Made by a program: the position numbers and the translations under genes. Shown here piece by piece: positions 11,801 to 25,189 of a stretch of 64,000 bases of DNA. Position 1 is the first letter of the stretch. Each line of letters begins with the position of its first letter. Below the pieces are notes generated by a model that had not been told where the DNA came from, did no database searches, and was given only the letters and a program-made list of their open reading frames with translations. Where the stretch lies: contig CM074806.1 in assembly GCA_037447605.1 (NCBI GenBank), positions 1,674,001-1,738,000 of the forward strand. Direction: 5' to 3'. The stretch is from Zygnema circumcarinatum SAG 698-1b (lineage: Eukaryota > Plantae > Zygnematophyceae).

Positions 11801-14800
11801 ACACAACATCCAGTTACAATCAAGATTAGCAAAAAGCCTCGAAGATTTCACACACCAGATCGACAAATCACTTGCAAGCCTTTGCCCCCATAGTACGTCT
11901 GTTTAGGAGTAAGAATGATAATTAATGAAGTCGTGTCAAGGAAGTTGCTTGCATATATATTCGCAAAGTTCAAACGGCGCTGAAAGATAATCAGTTTCCC
12001 TCTCATTACATATTCTCTAATAGAATCAGTACAGCATCTGGCCAGCTGCATGCATCCATCCCATTCATGTGTAGAAGCCATGCACGAGAAACAGAGCTTT
12101 ACATCGTCTAACCTAGGTGGGTCCATGTGAGTGCAAAAGGAGAGCACAGTGAAACTAACCCGGAGCAGCCTGATTGGTGATGACCGCAAAATCATCCACA
12201 GCGGTCGCAATTCTTCCCGCCGACTGTGTTTGCAACACGCAAACAGCAGACAACAATGCTGATCATGGCCGGAACTAATGCTTCTGTTCCATTTCTATGG
12301 GCATGCTTTCTTCAATCCAGAAAGTTCACTATATTCAAGTTCATATTTAGAAGACTCAAGCCATGGAGGATAGTTGATGTTCAAATATCATCTTACAGTG
12401 GAACCATGTTTTGAATAACTATGCTGCAACAATACGAAAGACCTACTTTAGGCTGACATGTTACAAATTCAATTAAAAACGTACGACCTCACACTACCAA
12501 GCTGCACAATCATTGGGGCAGCAATAGAAAACCCATTGCAGTGGACATAGGCTTCATTCACATCTACATCCCTTCGGCATTCAGGCATTGTTATGTACCT
12601 CAATGTTGTAAAGACTGATTTGCCCATCGAATGAGGAAGTGGATAGTAACCCACGACTACAAGGAGACCACTGCAGATCAAAATTCCAGTTACTTCCAGC
12701 AGGAAGCTCGTATAATACCTGCACAAGCAAGGCGATTCAAAAGCTGAAAAAGATGAGCAAGAATCGGCAAACATTAGAGCCGCTACAGACTTTTGAACCA
12801 AACGGCCATCATTTCTAACAATGAAGGCCTCCAGACCCTGAAAATGCAGCAATATAACTCCACCAACCAACGTCCTAAACCAGCTTTCGAGGTTATATTC
12901 CAGCCCCTCCTAAAGTGACTTGAAGGGAGCCACTGTGGTACAAACCATAAGGCACTGAAAACTCATGCATGACAAGTTGAGCTTTACAAAACAGGTTTCT
13001 CAAACAAGAAAGGAGAAGGCGAGCGATACAAAAGGACATCAAGGATTGCGCGGTGTAATGTGCAATCTTTGACAGATTTGAATGCTTCATAAACATGTGG
13101 GTGAAGGCATTGCTTCACCAAAGCACATCACTGACCTCGCCAGATATAGTGTCCCAGCAGAGAGTCCGGTTATCTTTAGCACACGTGAGGAGTAAGCCGC
13201 TGTCGTGGGGGCACCAGGCCATGGCCAGAACTCCTGTAAGAAGGAGCAATCAGGTTTGATGCACTATGCAATGATGGCTTTCTTTCTAAAGCCTAATTCT
13301 ATTCAACCCAAGGAGAGGCTCAAATGCCCGCCCAGCTCCACAGTGACAGCCTTACAATGCCCCTGATATGTTGAAGCCTATGAAAAGTGATGTTAATCCG
13401 AGCATATCAACCTTCCGATCTTGAAAAACAGGCGCAAACTGAAGATACCTTTAGTATGTGACACGAGCTCTTTGACTGGTGAAATTGAATTTCTCAAATC
13501 CCAAACCTGCACCCAGAGAAACATAAACGGCGTAAGCTTTCTCCTTTGTGGTTCAACTAAAGTAAATAAGTAGGTCTAAGACAATAGAAGCCTCGACGAT
13601 AGAAGCTCAAGGATACAGCCTGAGTTTTTGTTCACGTCTTGGCCATCCTGCTTTTCTTTGTTTGCAATCATAAGCCAATGCATGTGCTATCTGCTAGATT
13701 TAAACAAGCATCCGCACGCGCAGAGGGCAAGGCAAGGGCAAGAGGAATAAGATTAATACATGTGCACGTCCTCTCATTGTGCCACATGGTCCGGTCAGGA
13801 AACAATTGAGCATCGGTGCAATGCATTGCAGAGCAAAATCGCAATTGAAAGGACCTTATCCGCTACGAACCCCCCCTTACGACTCTTCACATATCGGAAT
13901 ACCTGAAGGCTGGGTGACTTGTCCTCATCTGAAGCCACGATAAGTTGAGTGGTCTGATCAGGATTCCATTGCAGCGTCGAGCACCTCCTCCGACTGACCG
14001 GGTCTGTGAAACTGCACCAAAATAAAACAAAAATAATAGTATCATAGTCCAAGCATATGAAGCGTCCTGGGTTTAGCATAAAAAGTGGAGGACAGCCAAG
14101 ATAACGCATACAATGAGAGTGCCATTCTTCCAATTGACCTGACAAAAGGTTCTAAGACAAACATAAGGGTGCACCCGGCAGGAGACTCGATTAGACCACT
14201 AAGGCTGAGAGGTACCTGATCACTTGCTTCTGCTTCCTAAGATCCCATATCACTGCAGACAGAGTACGTTTGAAAACAGGAGTGTCAGAGGGTAGTCCAT
14301 ACAAAATGAGGCCACCACAAAAGAATCTCCCCTGATTTAGGCTGGGATATCCATGCTGAACTCCAATACAATCTCGACAAGATATATTTAAAGAAAAACG
14401 CGAAAGTTGCGAAGGTTTCGGCCCGTGCAAAGAAGTACCTGAATTTCCATTGTAGGAAGTTGAAGCCAGAATGTGGGCAACCTTTGGGTTCCAAGACAAG
14501 TATGAGATCTCTCCACCCCCTCCACTCTGCATGCCCCAAGCTAGGCTATATCAGAATAAAGTGGAGGAGCCCTTACTCCTGGATAGCAGTATACATCCAT
14601 GTCAAAGTTTCATGACACTTTCGCCCTTCACTTCTTAACCTGTTGAAAAAGAAATAGCTTATACACTAAGCGACTGAAGGAAAATTTGAAGTTTCTAAGT
14701 GGCGATGTCGACAGCATATAAAGGAACCCTTACCCGCAAGGGTGCATATTGTGATGGCTCAGAAGGATTCTCTATATTCCAAATCTTAATCTCGCCATCT

Positions 14801-15878
14801 TCTCCACCAGAAGCTAACATGTTGAGGTTATAGATGTTGAACTCCAATCCTCGAACCTGCCCAAAAGTCCCCATTATCAGGATCGCTGCATTTCTGATTT
14901 CTTTATCGACTTGCACTGTTATCCCATCCTCTCTTTCCAATGAAGAACACTTTTGAACCCCAAGGCCCACTTTCTGCAGCCATGCCAAAATTGCCTGTCT
15001 TCATAGCTTTTTCTAAGCATTCTCTAGTCAAACACCTAGATATTCAGAATTGAGGACGGCGAGATGGCCTCCAGAGACTTACTGCCACCTCGGCTCATAT
15101 AGCTAGATTCTTTAGAGGGACAAACTTGGAAAAGATAGCCAATTTTCGTAGCCATAAAACCTAGGTAACCTTTTGGCATGTCTTCCTCTGCCATAATCAA
15201 TCCGACTGCCAACAGGAATCAAAGGGATTGAGAGAATACCGCTCCGCTGTGTGCTTGCAGTTTCTTTATGAGTGAGTTTGACGAGTCCTCTGAATTTCCA
15301 CTGCATAAAGGCCGGAAAAGGGTTCATTATAGATCGGACGTTAAAATGCTTTTCGAGTCGAGATGAACACTAAGTCATCCCATGGACGATCCAAATTGAG
15401 GCTTCGCAACTTATTTGGCTACTGATGAAGACGGCCAAACTGATCCTACAAACCAATGGGCACGTCACCAATACCTTTCAACGGGGCTAATTATCGATTT
15501 GACTCAAATAGGAAGTCCATAAGACGAAGGCCAACACACTGTTATAGTTCCCAAAGCTGCATACCTCATAAGTCTTGCAGGATTCCATAAATTAACGGTT
15601 CCGTCTGTAAGGCCACCAGCAAGAATTCCGTAAGGAAATGCAGCTGTTTCTGATCCAAATTTTCCCCAAGTCAGCCGATTAAACCGATCGCTGGTCTGCG
15701 CACTTCCCAGCAGTTTAAGCTCTTGTTCTTGACTCGTGACATCAACTCCAAACAGCTCTATGCAGGCTGAGGAGCTGAAAGATAGGTCAATAGCTCCGGC
15801 CATTGTGCCTGCAGCAAAGACCTGAGTCATTGGCGCAAAGGCCACAGTGGCAGACCGGGACACCTGTTTGAGAGCCAT
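5881..15878 (-). CDS. SEC31: COPII outer-coat protein SEC31 (WD40 + ACE1 + Pro-rich + C-terminal helical domain), 21 exons
   Basis: The N-terminus reads [16 protein letters not shown]...[17 protein letters not shown]...DRFNRLTW...AGGLTDG. Further exons give VRGLEFN...[54 protein letters not shown] and [10 protein letters not shown] Pro/Gln-rich region follows, and the protein ends [10 protein letters not shown]...[21 protein letters not shown] with TAA at 5883-5881. All introns I traced are GT-AG. Confidence 0.96.
10668..10718. repeat. (GAG)n coding microsatellite giving a 17-Glu run in SEC31
   Basis: Plus-strand (CCT)n tract inside the long SEC31 exon. Confidence 0.9.
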
Positions 15879-16278
15879 CTTGGAATCAAAACTAAAACTG
15901 TGGCTCCTATAAAACTCCTAACACTCGCACTCCCAAAGGAAGTAAACGATAAAAGAGAAGATCTAAGATTAACCAAACTCCCTCCCTCCTTCGGCAAGTG
16001 AATATGTCCGACTGATCACTCCCTACGAGAACTCCCTGGAGTCTCTGCAGTCTTCATTCAAAAGCCAACGGCAGCCATCAGCCATGAACTGAAGTCTGCC
16101 GCAGTGGCGGGTGCAGCGGCGTGAGCGTGTAGAAGGTGCCGGTGCAGGCCGAGGCGCCACGTGACTCCGGCCATGGCAGGGAGGGCGGAGTGAGGACGTT
16201 GAGAGGGCCCCTTTTTCTTTGTCGCGCCCTCCGTCCGTCGTCCGCACGTGCGGGGGCGCCAGCTGGGCGAGCGCGGCC

Positions 16279-19200
16279 ATGGCGGGCGAGGCGCGCTGGA
16301 GGAGCGCCGAGTTCATCTTCTACTACGTCTACGCTGCCGCCTTCTACACCACCCTCGCATGGCGCGCTGTCTCCCTCTCTGCAAGTGCGCTCAGCAGCCA
16401 CACTGGCGCTTCCCTCCTTCACGTTACATCATCTTAATTGACTTTCTTACTGGGTTGAATGTGCCTGAAATCGTTTATGCGTCAATTATCCTTTGATGTC
16501 TAGAACTGCGAGACGGGCAATGAAGCGCGGGTAGGAGTCCTGGCTTCTGAATTGCGGTTGCTTTAGCACAGTTGCCGCACACATGCCCTTTGGAGGTGCA
16601 AATTTAGCTGCAGAATACCTTGAAGCATAGATGACGGGTATTGAAGACATAAACCACAACGTGCGTGCATTTTAAGAGGAGTGAACGTGGGCAAGCACAT
16701 TATGTTCCCTCTCAATGTTCGGTGTTGCACGTATGACGCATAGAGCCGATGAACACAGTTCAGCATTGAAAATTGCGAACAGAGATTGTTCAAGAATTGT
16801 TGGACTGCTCATAGGCCAAGATGTCAACCCATGAATTTATGCGTAGTTGACGATAGTAACTGAGCCTTCAGTCTTGCAGTTGGGGAGTGTGTCGACATCG
16901 CTCATTACGATTCTTAGGCTAAATGGGCTTTTAGCTTTCCTAGTTTTTTCACAACATTTGAATCAATGACATCTCCTTACACTAGTTGAAACACAGTGAT
17001 TTCAGAAAAGAATTTGACTTCTTTTTTTGAAAGGCTTCAACCTCATCTTTTGCTTTCCTTTGGACCAGCTCCCTTCTGCGAGCTTCCCGTATCTGATTCT
17101 GCAGGGAGTGGGTTTGAGCAGCCTATGGAGAGGCACACTGGCGGCCATGGCTTCCGGGTCTGGCGCGTGGCTGGTTACCTGCACACCCCAGTGTGGTACG
17201 TCTCCTGCACAAATGGACCAGGCTGTTTACTTTCCAGTATATGCATTCACACTGCTTTTTGCCTACTTGAAGTACTAAATTGATGCTCTCCGACTGAATG
17301 CCTCGCCACCTGGCAACTGGCTGCTTCCCTCACTCCTGCATTACTCATCTTCAATTAGTCCAGCATGAGTGGGGCCCAGCATCTGTTCTCTTCTGCTTGC
17401 AAGCCACACTGTTTGGGGAGTGCCGTTAGTTGTAGGCCCCAGTATTCATCATCGTAACAGCAGTTCACCACCAGTGGGGGGGTGGCTTCTGCCCTCATGT
17501 CTCACGTTTCGTGAGTCTTTAGCTTCAAGCATCACAGTTAGCATTCTGCCAGAGCAGTGGCTCTGTTGTGATGTCTATTTGCTTGCACCCGAACGGATTC
17601 CAGTCGTTGTACCAAATCTTCATGCAGTTCTACAGGTGTAGCCTGCCATCTGGAGATGATTGTTTGCTCTACTGTTTGATGCTTGTCCTTCCTGCTACAT
17701 GCAAACGTTTGACAGCCGTTGACATTCTACTGATACAGGATTTATCGGACAGCCAATGGCAAAACTTCCGTGGGCAGTTGCCGCTGCTCACAGCAGTGAT
17801 GACTGCAATGGCGGTTATTGCCAATGCTTTGAAACTGCTGCTCCGGCAACAGAAGTATTTGAGAACCATTCTCGCTTTCTACTGGCTGCTGGCTTCACTG
17901 GCATATATCGCTTACCTTCATGGCGCCTGGTAAGTCAACCTTTTTCAATTTGAACTCGACAAACCACGACTGCTTCAAGGTGCAGCTGGGTATGTTAGAA
18001 TTGGTGGTTGGTTATCGTCACAACATATTGAGGTGTTTCCTCATTTCAACGGCTGCATTCCAGATGTAGGGCTTTGCATCACAAGAAGTGAAACGTTATG
18101 TGGTTGAGTTGAAGGCCACTATAGCAGATGATTCTCTGAGTGTTGGAATTAATGTTCTCTTCTTTGAATTTCTGATCCACACCAAAATGAATGATTTCTT
18201 ACGATAAGCATGTCTTATGAATCGTGAGGCTAAGAGCACGGAAGCAAGGGGTGAAATAATTTCTTAGCCACTCAAACGCATGGCAGTGAGAAGCTGGGAC
18301 TCTAATGGATTGTGTTAAAGACAAGCTAGAGCTAGCGAATGTTAAAGGTAATAGGTAGATTCTTAGTTCCCATGTCAATCATACCCGTTTTGAGACAGCA
18401 GATGCAGGCTGTAGGGTGTGACAGGAGAAGGAGAATGAGCCTAGGTGCCCCTGTTAGCTTTGCTTAACGCCGGGATTTGCCGGTGGCAGTGTTGCGTTCA
18501 TCATCACCATTGCCACGCTTAATTATGCCCTTGTGAAGGTACTTAGTTTCCTATGGCTCTAAACATGTGGCAGGCATGTGGTTTCCCTGGAAAACTCTTA
18601 ATTTATGTGGACTTCCCTTAGCAATTTTGCTGCCCCTTCTGAAATACTGGTTGGAATAGAGATGCCTGAATGTCAATTTGTTAAGCCTCAAAGCATACGC
18701 AAGATGCTGCGTAAAGTTAGACCATACATTTTCTGGCAAAAACCAAACCGATCCGAAAAGCAGCTCTGAAGTTGTTAGTATACTTTTGTGCAGGGAATGG
18801 CAGGGCTGCCTCAGTTTCCTGCCCTCCTATGGGCCTTCAACTGTGCCGCACTGATCTGCAACCGCCACTTTGATGGCTACTCCTTTGCAGCCATGGGGTA
18901 AAAGCGCAATGCAGTGAGGAGAGGTTGTGCCACTGCCTTAGCACAGATCCCGTCTTCCAAGATAGTGAAAAGGAGAGGTTGTTGGCTGTGAGGAGACCAG
19001 CAGGGGGGGTGCGTTCAATAGAAAAAATCAGGTTGATCTGTATGGGTCATTTCCTGAGTCGATGAAGCAGAGCTTTTCCGAAGTGATAGAGCCTACAGCC
19101 CTACTTGCCGAGGGAGAGGGAGGCCGTCTTATTTCCTTTGGCGCGTGGTTGTGGCTGCTGCCAGATCGCATTTGGCCTTTTTGGACAAGCACAGAGGGGT

Positions 19201-22200
19201 CTTTCGATGGCAGATATGCTTCAACCTCGGTACTGCACTTCGTTCTCCGTCTTCTATTGCTTCTTTCTGCATGCTTCATTGAGAAAGAACTTGTGCACTT
19301 CAACTGTTGCATGTGAACTTTGTCCAGCAATCATGGCCCACCAAAAGTAGATCTAGCTTCTTCTTTGCTTTCCCAGCATCAATGGCTTATGAGAGGGGAT
19401 TCCAAATTTACATATGCACCGCATAAAAGCGTTGCTAAAAATAATTTTCTATGGAACCTGATTTCGTTTAAGTGCACCGTATTGGCTAATTGTGCAGTTG
19501 CTGAATATGATAGTGCCTTGATGCATTCCCTTTTGCATTCTCCTTCTCATTCTCCTTCAATGCAACCCTTATCTTCCAAGTGCTGGGTTGCAGTGATGCT
19601 GAGAATGGTGAGCTTTGGGTTGGACTGCCACTGGACGCGCTGCCGGAAGCCAATGAAACTGCGCCAGGTGGACCTCGCCCCCATTCTGGGTTCTGGGTTT
19701 AGCATGGCACGCACTGGACCATTTTCTTCACTTTCTTCCATCCATGGCTGTTGGCTTCAACCCGGGCTCCATGTTCTTGGTTAGGCTAGCTATGCTAGAC
19801 ACTGGGTTCGGTTCAGCCACTTTGCCCCCTCACCTTCTTGATGAGGCAATTGGCAATCGAGCATCTGTCCATACAAATTTGCTTCTTCCTTCCTTTTTTG
19901 TTTAGCGTGTTTAATTTTTTCAAGTTGTAAGTTCTTAATTACCCGTTCTTGATAAGCCACAACAATCCCGCTCCTTTTGGATGGCGAATGTTCTCATTCT
20001 GTTTCAGAGCACGTTGACCGGAAGCTTGATGCAAGTGGAACTGGTTTTTGTATTGATGGCAGAAGGGTTCTTTCGCTGAATCGAGCTTTTGATTGATGCA
20101 CTGGACCTTTCTTGAGCTGTTCATATGTGTTCTCTTCCCATTGACTGTAACATTGGTCTGCTCTCCCTCTCACAATGTCACTCCGATGCACTATCTGTAA
20201 CTGCCAATGCAGACCCATGTGAGAAGCTGCGATGCCTGCCTGCATGGCCGGCTCTGCTATACCCAGCGTCAGGTTGTGCCCTCACCTCTTTTTCTGTAAT
20301 GCAGTCTGTAGTCTGTCCTGGTTTCTCAGTGCATTTTAGGGTAGTTAGGGCCTTTTGACGCGCTGTTTTTTAGCTTCTCCATTGGTGGAGGAAGTGGAGT
20401 GGAGGTTGGAGTGCTTGTAGGTTGCCGCTTCTTTGCAAGGAGGCAGTTTGGGAGCTGTGAGTTTGTAGCTATGGCTTGTCTCTCTCTCTCTCTTTCTCTC
20501 TCTGCCCTCGCACTGAGAGGGTCTGGCCCCTCTTTGGTGGTTAGGAGGCAGGCCTGGAGGAGAAGGCTTACAACTGGCTGCTCTACATGTGCTACCTGCT
20601 CTTTCCTCCTCTCTATATTGCCGGACCTATCATCACCTTCAATGCCTTCGCCTCACAGGTGCGGACAAAAACTCTTAGGAGTCATCTGACAGCGCATTAC
20701 AGATTGTTGAAGTGCAAAGGGATGATTGCGTGAAGCACGATGTGTCCCGTGCGTAGATGACAGCTTAGGGCTTATCTGCTTGTGCTGTACTGCACGTCTT
20801 AAAGGTAATTCTGTAATTCTGTTCAGCGTCGCTCGTTTCGCTTCGGGCCATGTCCCTCCGTGAGATTCTGTGTAGCCCCTTTGTTCAAAGAATAGTCTGA
20901 GAAGTTTGGAAGTTTGAAACGAATCTCAACTGGCATTTGCAACATTTTTCTTAGTTCAGTTCTTGAACTTCGTCAGCGCTAACCGCCAATCCAAGTCCAC
21001 TGCTTTGGCTGTGCGCGATGAAGCAGGACCTGAGGCCCTTACCAAAGAAGCTGAGTCGGACAAGTTCCTTTTTTTAATGTGTGAATCCAAGAATAGGAGT
21101 TTGAATTGTACGAATTGTCAAATATGAAATTCTTCTGTTTCAAATGTTGTCGTGATTCCGTGTATGTTCTGGTTGAGGAGGGAGCAGCTGGAAGTGTCCC
21201 AGCAGACCTACACTTGGCGGAAAATTGCTCTCTATGGCCTCCGTTGGCTGGGCTGCCTGCTGCTCATGGAGCTTCTCTCACACTATTGCTTCTTCCTAGC
21301 CCTTGCCAGAAGGTGCAGCCCTCCTTCCATAGTTCACTCTTTGCTCATTGTTCCATTAGCCTTCAAGGCACATTCATCCAAGTGGAATGGCCTTGTTCCA
21401 AGGAATGCTTCCATTTGCGAACTTTTCCTTGTGAGAAAGCCACCGTTTCCTCGTCTGTGCTTGCCTGTGTTGGCTACAGATAGGGGCGGTGCGAGTAAAG
21501 ATGAAGATAAAGATAAAGATAAAGATAAAGATGAAAGATAAATATGATAAGGTAAAGATGTGGTCGCTTTGACCTTCAGCGTCTGTTAATGGGTCGCCTT
21601 CGGCTTGTTGCAGTGGCTTATGGACGCTGTTCTCTCCCCTTGACGTCTTTATTGTTGGTTATGGGGTATGTTTCCCAGTCTCTCAACTTTTGTGGCATGT
21701 TTTCCGTAGAACAATCTCTTAGGAGGCCTTCATGATTGAAAAATTGCAATAACTTAAGTTGAAGGAGCACTCGTAGGCTGTGGCTTGATGGACTTATCAT
21801 ACATCATACTTATGTTCCATTATATGTTGTGCTGATGGCGATAAGAGAGCTTCAACAGAGGGCTGTGTGGCGGGAGGGTATCCATGCAGGCACTCAATGT
21901 GATGTGGCTCAAGTTCCTCATAATTTGGCGTTACTTCCGGTTCTGGGCTCTGGTCAGCGCTACTCCATTGCTCAAAAAAAGCTGTCCATTGTTGTCACCT
22001 GAACAATGCATATCGAAAGGAAGTGGGCCAACTAATTGCTCTAGAAAATTAATTCGAGGTGCTCTGAGTGGTTCATTCTCTTTTTTCAATGTTTTCGTCA
22101 CTTATTCGCCAAGAGAGACCTTGGCAACACACTTTATTTCTTGCTATTTTTTATCCTCAAGGAGGACGTCATTCTCTGTGGTATCTCCAAACGTAATGAT

Positions 22201-24101
22201 CGGAATAACCCTGACGTTGAGTAACGAAAACCAAAGAATTGGAAGCGTATCACACGATGTTTTCAATTGCCAACCCACTTGGATGCTTGTGGGAGATGGC
22301 CTGTAGATAAGTGGCGTAGAAGCTCCGGAAAACATGCTTCGATGTGTGAACAATAGCTTTGACATTGAGAGCTTTTGGAAGGGATGGCACGCTTCGTACA
22401 ATCGTTGGCTTGTCAGGTGCGCCAAGCAGACCCTGTCAAACCTCGTTCAGCAGAGGCTCAGTGGAGATATTTGGCTGTGCACGAATACAGTAGTGAATAA
22501 TCCACCCCTGCCTACTGAATAGCAGTCAATCGATCTCGATGGGGATGATTGCCTGCAGATATTTGTATATTCCGTTAGGAGGTGCTAAGTGGCGGGCTGT
22601 CAACATGTGGATCATCTTCACGTTTGTGGCACTATGGCATGACCTTGAATGGTACGTACTATGCTCGTCATTCTGAACCTGTGGATGACGAAAGTAACCA
22701 AGCCTGACCCGTTTGCCCCAGTGGCTCAGACCAGTCTTTGAGAACATCTCATTTGCATGTGAGGAAGTAGCCAGTTCGCTTTCCTTTCCAGTGCTTAGCG
22801 TTATTAGGAGAAGGTTTTGGCACCATGCAGGAAGATGCTGTGGTGGGCATGGCTCACCTGCCTGCTTGGACTGCCTGAGCTCGTGGCGAAGGCAGCCATG
22901 CGCAGCAAGCGAGTGAGCTGCTGGTTGCTCTTGCAGCCTTTCTTTTGCCCGTCCTGGTTATATCTCATGCGTGCTTAATGTGATTGTATAATGTGACTTA
23001 AGTTCCAACACTGTTGATCCAAGGAGGGTCATGTCTTTTCACAGGTAGACAAGCAACTCGTCCCAAAAGGCATTTTTTCAGCTAGTGCTGCTTAAAGCCA
23101 CCTTTAAAAATACATCCTTACGTTGACCTATGAAGCCCGGAGTTAGAGAGTCTTGGGTCCAAGTTTCTCTGAAAGTACCGCCAGCTATTCTCGCCTCAAG
23201 GGCATAGGCTCTGTTGTAGAACTCGTGTAGCTTTGGGAATATGAATTAGTGTGAAAACGTGCATGCAGATGGAGGTTATCCGCGGGTCGTGGTTGGAGCG
23301 TGAACTCTGCGCTGCAGGGGGGGCCTTGACAATTACAGGGCTCATGGTGAGCCTTCTTCCTTCCCTCTCCTTTATGTTTTGGTGTGCTCTGAAGTTTGTG
23401 CAGGAGTGTTTCGCAGCCTCTTCCTTGTTCTCGGGAAGCTCCGCTTTTCATTTCCTTCTTTTGTGTTTGTCAGCCGCGGAGCTCACGGGGTTGCTTTCCT
23501 AAGGAGCGGTGGAATGTGCTGATGGTTTATGAGGATGGGCCATGCAGGTTGCTAATCTTGTGGGCTTCGTCATTGGATTAAAGGATATGCGGACATTTGG
23601 CCAGCGTCTGTTTTCAGGAAATAGTGAGATTTTGCATGACGTGCACCTATACACGGTCGTTGGCAATGTTTAAGCTCTGTTCAATCTTTTATTGTATCTG
23701 GCAAAACTCCTAGTAGTGAGTGCCCTTGCAACTCCGTCCTTCTCCAGTCTGTTCTAACACAATCTCCCGTCTGTCGATGCAGATGGTTGGCTTATCGCGG
23801 CAGTGTTGTTATCATTCTATGTAGGGACAAAGGTAGGCACTTTCAGATGCGAGCCGTTAACTGCAAACTTGTTTAGGAAACGGGAAACCTGTGGTTCAAG
23901 TTTTCCCTTCGCCGGTTCGAATTTAGTTGCTTTGAAACGGGTTTCATGTGCTGCGCGTTCAGTTCTACTTGCCTGACATGTAATGTGTTAAGCTCATTCT
24001 GGCTGCAGTTAATGTTGGAGATTCGAGCTATGGAGGACCGCAGAAGAATGCTGCAGCTAAAGTCAACCCCGGACTTGAAAGATCAACCTCATCAGGAATA
24101 G
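16279..24101 (+). CDS. Membrane-bound O-acyltransferase, GUP1/HHAT-like subfamily, 19 exons
   Basis: Spliced translation contains [114 protein letters not shown] and FTFVALWHD (catalytic His). The last exon is 24009-24101. Confidence 0.93.
21497..21546. repeat. (AAAGAT)n intronic hexanucleotide repeat
   Basis: aaagatgaagataaagataaagataaagataaagatgaaagataaa in an MBOAT intron; boundaries approximate. Confidence 0.85.
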
Positions 24102-24221
24102 CATATTTCTTTCTAATACATGACCCATCCAAACGTGGAGCAGGTTCTGCTTGCAAGCATCTCAACTTTGAAGTGATAGTTTTTTTTTTTTTTTTTTTTT
24201 TTGCCGTTCTTTCCTGTGTTC

Positions 24222-24279
24222 TGCGGGTGTCACCTCCTGAGCTCTGCTGTGCGGGTGTCACCTCCTGAGCTCTGCTGTG
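24222..24279. repeat. Exact 28-bp tandem duplication next to a long poly-T, downstream of the MBOAT stop
   Basis: tgcgggtgtcacctcctgagctctgctg occurs at 24222 and 24250. Confidence 0.95.
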
Positions 24280-25189
24280 AGTAACAGAAACAGGGTTTGA
24301 GCTACCCTCCCTGGCACTTCATATAAGATTGGATGTGGGGAGGCAATTGTCTCGGCAAAGTGAATCGACTTTTACTGCATCGCTCGCCAAAAGCCTTTTT
24401 TTCTTCACAAGTTTAGTATTTTACGATCTCTCTTAACGCCCGTTTCAGCATGCGCGCTTTTTTGGCATACGAACTAGTCCCCTCGTGATATCAAACGGCT
24501 ACTTGTTAAAGTCATCAAGGCGCGGATAGGTTGTAAAGAAAACAACGCAGAAGCAGCGAGGGGGTCAAAAAGGACTGGTCACAGCTGGCGGGAACCTCTC
24601 GGCCCAGTCACCTCGTCTTGTTCTGCTCAGTGAGATTTTCAATACCGATGTTTCCGGAAGCAAGCTTTGCACAACAATCTGGATAGTTAAAAAAGCCAAC
24701 TGATCGTCCCCCATGGCGACATAGCAACATTCACCCGCTCCTTAAGATAGTGTCAACCTTAGGGGTGAGAATTCCATGTGGAGATGATGTTCCTATGTGG
24801 AAGCAAACAGTGCCATCTGAATGCAACGGAGAAACATTCATTCGACCAATTCCCGCCCACACGAAGAACCCCTTTACCCCTTTTCTTCTTGTGTGTATAG
24901 CGAAATTCCCCTTTCGCTTTACACACAAAAAATGTAGCCATCTTGTGAGATTGAAGTCTTTATTAAACGGAACATCAGAACATGCCTACAAGGGACATTC
25001 TCCTCTGACGACGCGCCACCGCACGGATCAACATGCCAAAAGTGTAATGTCCCCGCATTACCAGCCATTCTCCACTATCTGTACAAGTAGTGATATTCAG
25101 CTTCAAAAGTTGTGCTCTCTCCGAAGAGCCAGCGAGACATGTACAGCTTACTACGGAGGTTGAGATGCATCCAATCCTTTGATTCGCAC

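Noticed and set aside
24750-25163. 137-aa plus-strand ORF between the MBOAT and repeat-protein genes (also the ORFs at 54974-55818)
   Set aside because: No motifs; these lie in convergent 3'-UTR regions and are consistent with chance ORFs.
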